64,000 bases of DNA from an uncultured Clostridia bacterium. GTDB taxonomy: Bacteria > Bacillota > Dehalobacteriia > UBA4068 > CALXSR01. The position numbers and the translations under genes are program-made. The notes below the pieces were generated by a model. The model was not told where the DNA came from and searched no databases. It saw only the letters and a list, made by a program, of their open reading frames with translations. Where the stretch lies: contig CALXSR010000052.1 of the NCBI GenBank assembly GCA_944391215.1, forward strand, positions 64,511-128,510, written 5' to 3'. The stretch's first letter is position 1, and every line of letters starts with the position of its first letter. Below are positions 59,835 through 64,000 of the stretch, one piece after another.

Positions 59835-61159
59835 TATTCATTGGCCTCCTTTTCTCTTTGGCGAATCATTACCCAAATAGGCGTGCCGGCAAAACCAAAA
59901 TTTTTACGAATTTGATTGATTAAATATCTTTCATAAGAAAAATGAATGCCCTCTGGAATATTAGCAAAAATAACAAATTTAGGCGGCTTCACTCCCACCT
60001 GCGTTCCATATAAAATCTTCACTCTTTTTCCTTTATATGTCGGCGGGGGATTATATAATACCGCTTCTTCCAAAACCTCATTAAAACGCGCGGTGGAAAT
60101 GCGGAATGTTTGCTGTTCCGCAATAAATTTAACCAAAGGTAAAATTTTATCTACCCTTTGGCCGCTTAAAGCCGAAACATATAAAGTCAGCGCATAATCC
60201 AAAAAGGTCAATTCCTCTTTCAATTTTTTATCAAATTGATTCATGGTCTTATCATCTTTTTCCAATAAGTCCCATTTATTGATAACCAACAAAATGCCTT
60301 TGCCAGCTTCATGCGCATAACCAACTACCTTTTTATCCTGTTCTGTCACGCCTTCTACTGCATCAATAACCATCAATACAACATCGCTACGGTCTACTGC
60401 TTTTAAAGCACGATCAACACTATAGCGTTCTGTTGGTTCATTTACTTTACCGCGCCTACGCATACCGGCAGTATCAATAATTACATATTGCTGTCCGTCT
60501 TGTGCAAACACACTATCAATCGCATCCCTTGTAGTCCCAGCAATTGGCGAAACAATCACACGTTCTGTACCTAAAATTTTATTGACCAAAGAAGATTTCC
60601 CGACATTCGGTCGACCGATAACAGCCAGTTTAATGGTATCTGGCTCATAATCTTCACTTTCATATTCAGGGAAAAGAGCAACCACAGCGTCTAGTAAATC
60701 ACCAGTATTCATGCCATGAATTGCAGAAACTCCAACCGGTTCCCCCAACCCTAATGAATAAAAATCATAAATATTGGCTGCATGATTAAAATTATCTAAT
60801 TTATTAACTGCCACCACCACAGGCTTTCCGGAACGACGCAAAAGCTGCGCTGCTTCTTCATCATCTACTGTAATACCAGATTTAGCATCTACGACAAAAA
60901 TTATAACTGCAGCTTCCTCAATAGCTAATTCCGCTTGTCTTTTGATTTTTTCGCTAAACTGCCCCGCGTTGTTAAATTCAATACCGCCAGTATCAATCAA
61001 AATAAATTCGTGTTCTTGCCAGGTACAATCACGATATAATCGATCTCTTGTTACCCCAGGCGTATCTTCTACAATCGCTGGACGCCCACCAACCAGTCTA
61101 TTAAACAAAGTAGATTTCCCTACATTCGGTCGGCCTACAATGGCTACAATTGGTTTCAT
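59834..61159 (-). CDS. der: Ribosome-associated GTPase Der (EngA), with two tandem G-domains and a KH-like domain.
   Basis: 441 aa with two GxPNVGKS P-loops. Confidence 0.95.
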   Translation of the reverse strand: MKPIVAIVGRPNVGKSTLFNRLVGGRPAIVEDTPGVTRDRLYRDCTWQEHEFILIDTGGIEFNNAGQFSEKIKRQAELAIEEAAVIIFVVDAKSGITVDDEEAAQLLRRSGKPVVVAVNKLDNFNHAANIYDFYSLGLGEPVGVSAIHGMNTGDLLDAVVALFPEYESEDYEPDTIKLAVIGRPNVGKSSLVNKILGTERVIVSPIAGTTRDAIDSVFAQDGQQYVIIDTAGMRRRGKVNEPTERYSVDRALKAVDRSDVVLMVIDAVEGVTEQDKKVVGYAHEAGKGILLVINKWDLLEKDDKTMNQFDKKLKEELTFLDYALTLYVSALSGQRVDKILPLVKFIAEQQTFRISTARFNEVLEEAVLYNPPPTYKGKRVKILYGTQVGVKPPKFVIFANIPEGIHFSYERYLINQIRKNFGFAGTPIWVMIRQREKEANE

Positions 61160-61173
61160 ATTATTTCCTCTCT

Positions 61174-62487
61174 TTATAAGCCCAAAATTTCTTGTGCTAA
61201 AATTGCTCCATCATTCACAACAGGACGGATTTCTGCGTTTAAAGCATCTTCTACTTCAGTAATATCCATACCGTCCAAAAAAACATCGCTATCAAATTTC
61301 AGCATGGACTGCGAAATAAGAATCAACGGCTTTGTTTCCGTACTACTTTGACGCCATTTTTGCAGTCCAGAAATCAAGGAACCACCAGTTATTAAACCTG
61401 TTACCGTTATTGTTGGGCCAAAGAATTTGTTTTCTAACGCAAAACAATTCACATGTAAATTCTCTATTTGTTGTAATCTTTTTAAAATAGGCTGTAAAAC
61501 CAAATAACCGCTTTTACCTGTCGCAATCGTTACCTCTCTTTTTTGGGGCAAAGAAGCGGGTAAATCGGGTTCTATTTGCCAAAATTCCGCCCACATCAAG
61601 GGCGTTAAACCAATTCCGTTTTCCAACTGTGGGAACTCTTCATAAGTATCATAAGGAGGGAATTCTGCTTCCGCAATAAAATAGAACTCATCTGCCAAAT
61701 AAACAAAATGGGTACCCCATTTTTCCCAAAAATAGCTTTGTTTTTCAGCGATATAAGGAATCAATGCCGCTGCCTCTTCTTTACGGAAAAGACGTAAATT
61801 ATTTTTCTGATAGGCTGTTAACCCTACCGGTACAATGGCTAAAGAACAAATGCCGGGCATTAAAGTTTCTAAATCGGTAATCGTTTTCTCTAAAACCGCG
61901 CCATCATTAAGTCCCGGACATAGTACTATTTGAGCGTGAATATCAATACCCGCTTCCGTTAAACGCCGTAAAAGCGGCATAATTGGTTGCGCTTTTTTAT
62001 TCCCTAACAAATACCGGCGCATTTCATCGTCCGTACAATGTACAGATAGATATAAAGGACTTAGCCCCAAACGGATAATTCTTTGGATTTCCTCTTCTGT
62101 TAAATTCGTACAGGTAATAAAATTCCCTTCTAAAAAGGACATGCGATAATCATCGTCTTTTACCCGCAAAGTTTTCCGACAATCAGGCGGTAATTGGTCG
62201 ACAAAACAAAAAAGACATTTATTATGACATAAACGAATACCGTCAAATACATTAGCGCTAAAAATGAGGCCAATTTCCTCATCGATATCTTTTTCTACTT
62301 CAAATAAAATTTGAGCGCCATTGGGTTTCTCAATCAGTAAATCAACCTCTTCGTCTGCTGTTAAAAAACGATAGTCAATTAAATCTTCCATTTTCTGACC
62401 ATTGATTTCCAACAAATGATCGCCAATCCCAATCCCTAATTCTTCTGCGATACTATCCGGGACAATGCCGGTAATCTCACCGTACAA
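61174..62487 (-). CDS. PDZ-domain-containing radical-SAM-like protein (DUF512 family).
   Basis: 437 aa: an N-terminal PDZ-like segment, then CHNKCLFC (a CxxxCxxC motif). It lies upstream of der, as commonly seen in Clostridia. Confidence 0.6.
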   Translation of the reverse strand: MYGEITGIVPDSIAEELGIGIGDHLLEINGQKMEDLIDYRFLTADEEVDLLIEKPNGAQILFEVEKDIDEEIGLIFSANVFDGIRLCHNKCLFCFVDQLPPDCRKTLRVKDDDYRMSFLEGNFITCTNLTEEEIQRIIRLGLSPLYLSVHCTDDEMRRYLLGNKKAQPIMPLLRRLTEAGIDIHAQIVLCPGLNDGAVLEKTITDLETLMPGICSLAIVPVGLTAYQKNNLRLFRKEEAAALIPYIAEKQSYFWEKWGTHFVYLADEFYFIAEAEFPPYDTYEEFPQLENGIGLTPLMWAEFWQIEPDLPASLPQKREVTIATGKSGYLVLQPILKRLQQIENLHVNCFALENKFFGPTITVTGLITGGSLISGLQKWRQSSTETKPLILISQSMLKFDSDVFLDGMDITEVEDALNAEIRPVVNDGAILAQEILGL

Positions 62488-62562
62488 TCCAAATCACCAC
62501 GTTCTCTCCTTTATTATCCCTTATCTTTTCCCCTTCGTCAAGAGAAGCTGCATAAGCACAAG

Positions 62563-62588
62563 AAAAGGCCGGTTATAACCGGCCTTTT
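62563..62588. terminator. Rho-independent terminator downstream of the S1 gene.
   Basis: AAAAGGCCGGTT-ataa-CCGGCCTTTT perfect hairpin. Confidence 0.75.
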
Positions 62589-62603
62589 CAACAAAAGAAA
62601 TGT

Positions 62604-63968
62604 TTATTTGTTATCGTTTTCCGGATTCATAATATCGCCTAAAGTAACATCCAATTCTTCTTCCATCATATTCGGTTCTTCTTTTTCTTCCACCGCAACT
62701 GTTTCTTGCGGTTCAGGCTTTGGTAAGGTAGCTTTGATAGAAAGACTAATTCTCTTATTGTCTTTATCTACAGACAATACTTTTACTTTTACCATATCGC
62801 CTGGTTTTACAACATCTTCCGTTTTTGCAACTCTCTCATTGGCCAACTGCGAAATATGCACCAAACCTTCTACCCCAGGTTCCAATTGTACAAAGGCTCC
62901 AAAAGGAGCAGTACGCATTACCTTTGCTTCAAATTCCCCGTCAACCGGATATTTTTCATCTACAACACTCCAAGGATTGGGAGTTAATTGTTTTAAGCCC
63001 AAGGAAATTTTTTCTTTTTCCCTATCCAAGGATAATACATAAACGTCGATTTCATCACCTTCTTTTAACAAATCAGAAGGATGATTCAAGCGATACCAAG
63101 CCATTTCCGAAACATGAAGTAAGCCGTCAACGCCACCGATATCTACAAAAGCTCCGAAATTCGTTAAGCGACGAACCACCCCATGCCGGGTTTGACCTTC
63201 TTGTAAACTGGTCCACGCTTCTTCTTTTTTTTGTTTTACTTCTTCTTGTAAAATCGCTTTCGGAGAAAGTAATAATTTGTTATTTGATTTATCGCATTCG
63301 ATAACTCTCGCTTTTACTTCTTTACCAACAAAAGAATTTAAATTTTCCACATAACCCAAACTGATTAAAGAAGCAGGTATAAAGCCTTTAATGCCAACAT
63401 CCACCAAAACGCCGCCTTTTACCACTTCTACCACTTTTCCGACAACCGCTTCGCCAGTTTCTTTGGCTTTGGCAAATTTATCCCAGAAAAGATCCTGATC
63501 AACCCGTTTTTTTGAAAGCAAAGGATATCCTTCTTTGTTTTCTCGTTTCAATACCAAAACTTCAATTTCATCGCCCACTTTAAAGGTACCAGGAATATCA
63601 GCTGCTTCCATCGCATTTAATTCGGAACTGGAAAGTAACCCTTCCGATTTTCCACCAATATCTACCAACAATTCGTCATTACGCACTTGTACCACAACAC
63701 CCTTTATTCTAGCGCCACGACGAACTTCCCGTAAATCTTTATCATAAACGTCAGCAAAAGAAGCTTCCTTAGCCCCTTCGACAGATTCATCCTTTTTTGC
63801 TTCCGCCATTTTTTCAGCTTCGCTTTTCATTTCATCCGGTGCCGTTACTTCTGCCGCTTTCGGATCTACTGCACCAAAAACAGCAGCTTTCGGTACTGAT
63901 TCCAAATAATGACCTTCTTCTTCGATTTTTTCTACATCTTTGTTTTCCATATCAGACATCTTCCCCAC
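62604..63968 (-). CDS. 30S ribosomal protein S1 homolog (four S1 domains) with an acidic N-terminal extension.
   Basis: 454 aa with repeated S1 motifs (G.V..V..G.FV......G..H.S). The N-terminal 80 aa or so are rich in Glu, Lys and Ala. Confidence 0.8.
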   Translation of the reverse strand: MGKMSDMENKDVEKIEEEGHYLESVPKAAVFGAVDPKAAEVTAPDEMKSEAEKMAEAKKDESVEGAKEASFADVYDKDLREVRRGARIKGVVVQVRNDELLVDIGGKSEGLLSSSELNAMEAADIPGTFKVGDEIEVLVLKRENKEGYPLLSKKRVDQDLFWDKFAKAKETGEAVVGKVVEVVKGGVLVDVGIKGFIPASLISLGYVENLNSFVGKEVKARVIECDKSNNKLLLSPKAILQEEVKQKKEEAWTSLQEGQTRHGVVRRLTNFGAFVDIGGVDGLLHVSEMAWYRLNHPSDLLKEGDEIDVYVLSLDREKEKISLGLKQLTPNPWSVVDEKYPVDGEFEAKVMRTAPFGAFVQLEPGVEGLVHISQLANERVAKTEDVVKPGDMVKVKVLSVDKDNKRISLSIKATLPKPEPQETVAVEEKEEPNMMEEELDVTLGDIMNPENDNK

Positions 63969-64000
63969 TACCTCCTCAATTTCCTGTATAATCCAATCCG

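Noticed and set aside
878-63991. Many 60-170-aa ORFs antisense to or overlapping the large conserved genes
   Set aside because: Examples are 909..1118, 4946..5452, 7670..7897, 9074..9606, 23242..23658, 29556..30227, 52290..52580 and 62608..63304. They are embedded opposite strongly conserved coding frames, lack RBSs, and have low-complexity or codon-shadow composition.
1-64000. Genome-wide reassignment of TAG to a sense codon, which would explain the in-frame TAGs in infB and rimO
   Set aside because: TAG terminates several well-delimited genes in this window (response regulator, GyrI-like, dpaA, rimO, nusA). Read-through would therefore have to be local or context-dependent, or else the in-frame TAGs are errors.

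Overview
This is a chromosomal window from a low-GC (about 40%), endospore-forming Firmicute, judged by eye from the sequence. Almost every gene is on the minus strand, and most of them are core housekeeping blocks. One block resembles the Bacillus subtilis rodZ / pgsA-cinA neighbourhood, with rimO between rodZ and pgsA here. The next runs ftsK(spoIIIE)-ylzJ-tepA-rnj-dapA-asd-dpaB-dpaA-dapB-ymxH-dut-M16 peptidase-D-Ala-D-Ala carboxypeptidase. The next is pnp-rpsO-ribF-truB-nrnA-rbfA-infB-L7Ae-ylxR-nusA-rimP. The next is an aspartokinase-thrB-hom-ACT block followed by spoIVA. The last is gpsA-plsY-der-DUF512-S1. Two tRNAs are present: Leu-CAG on the plus strand and Pro-GGG on the minus strand. 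Two segments look accessory. The first, 34.4-43.5 kb, sits between rimP and tRNA-Pro and carries transport and redox genes. The second, 50.1-58.0 kb, sits between spoIVA and gpsA. It is a metal-homeostasis island carrying feoAB with two small Cys-rich membrane proteins, a DtxR-family regulator and an ArsR-family regulator, an NSS transporter, and a split Cd/Zn-type P1B-ATPase with a standalone HMA protein. I found no CRISPR array, integrase, transposase or prophage.

The most notable observation is that four otherwise well-conserved genes are interrupted. infB has an in-frame TAG inside a 36-bp tandem-repeat array. rimO has an in-frame TAG. A Na/Pi cotransporter gene is split by a T8 homopolymer frameshift. 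An ArAE/FUSC-like exporter gene is split by a frameshift at an A5 run. TAG is clearly used as a genuine stop codon elsewhere in the window. The likeliest explanations are therefore assembly or sequencing error, real gene decay, or local amber read-through. A genome-wide codon reassignment is unlikely.
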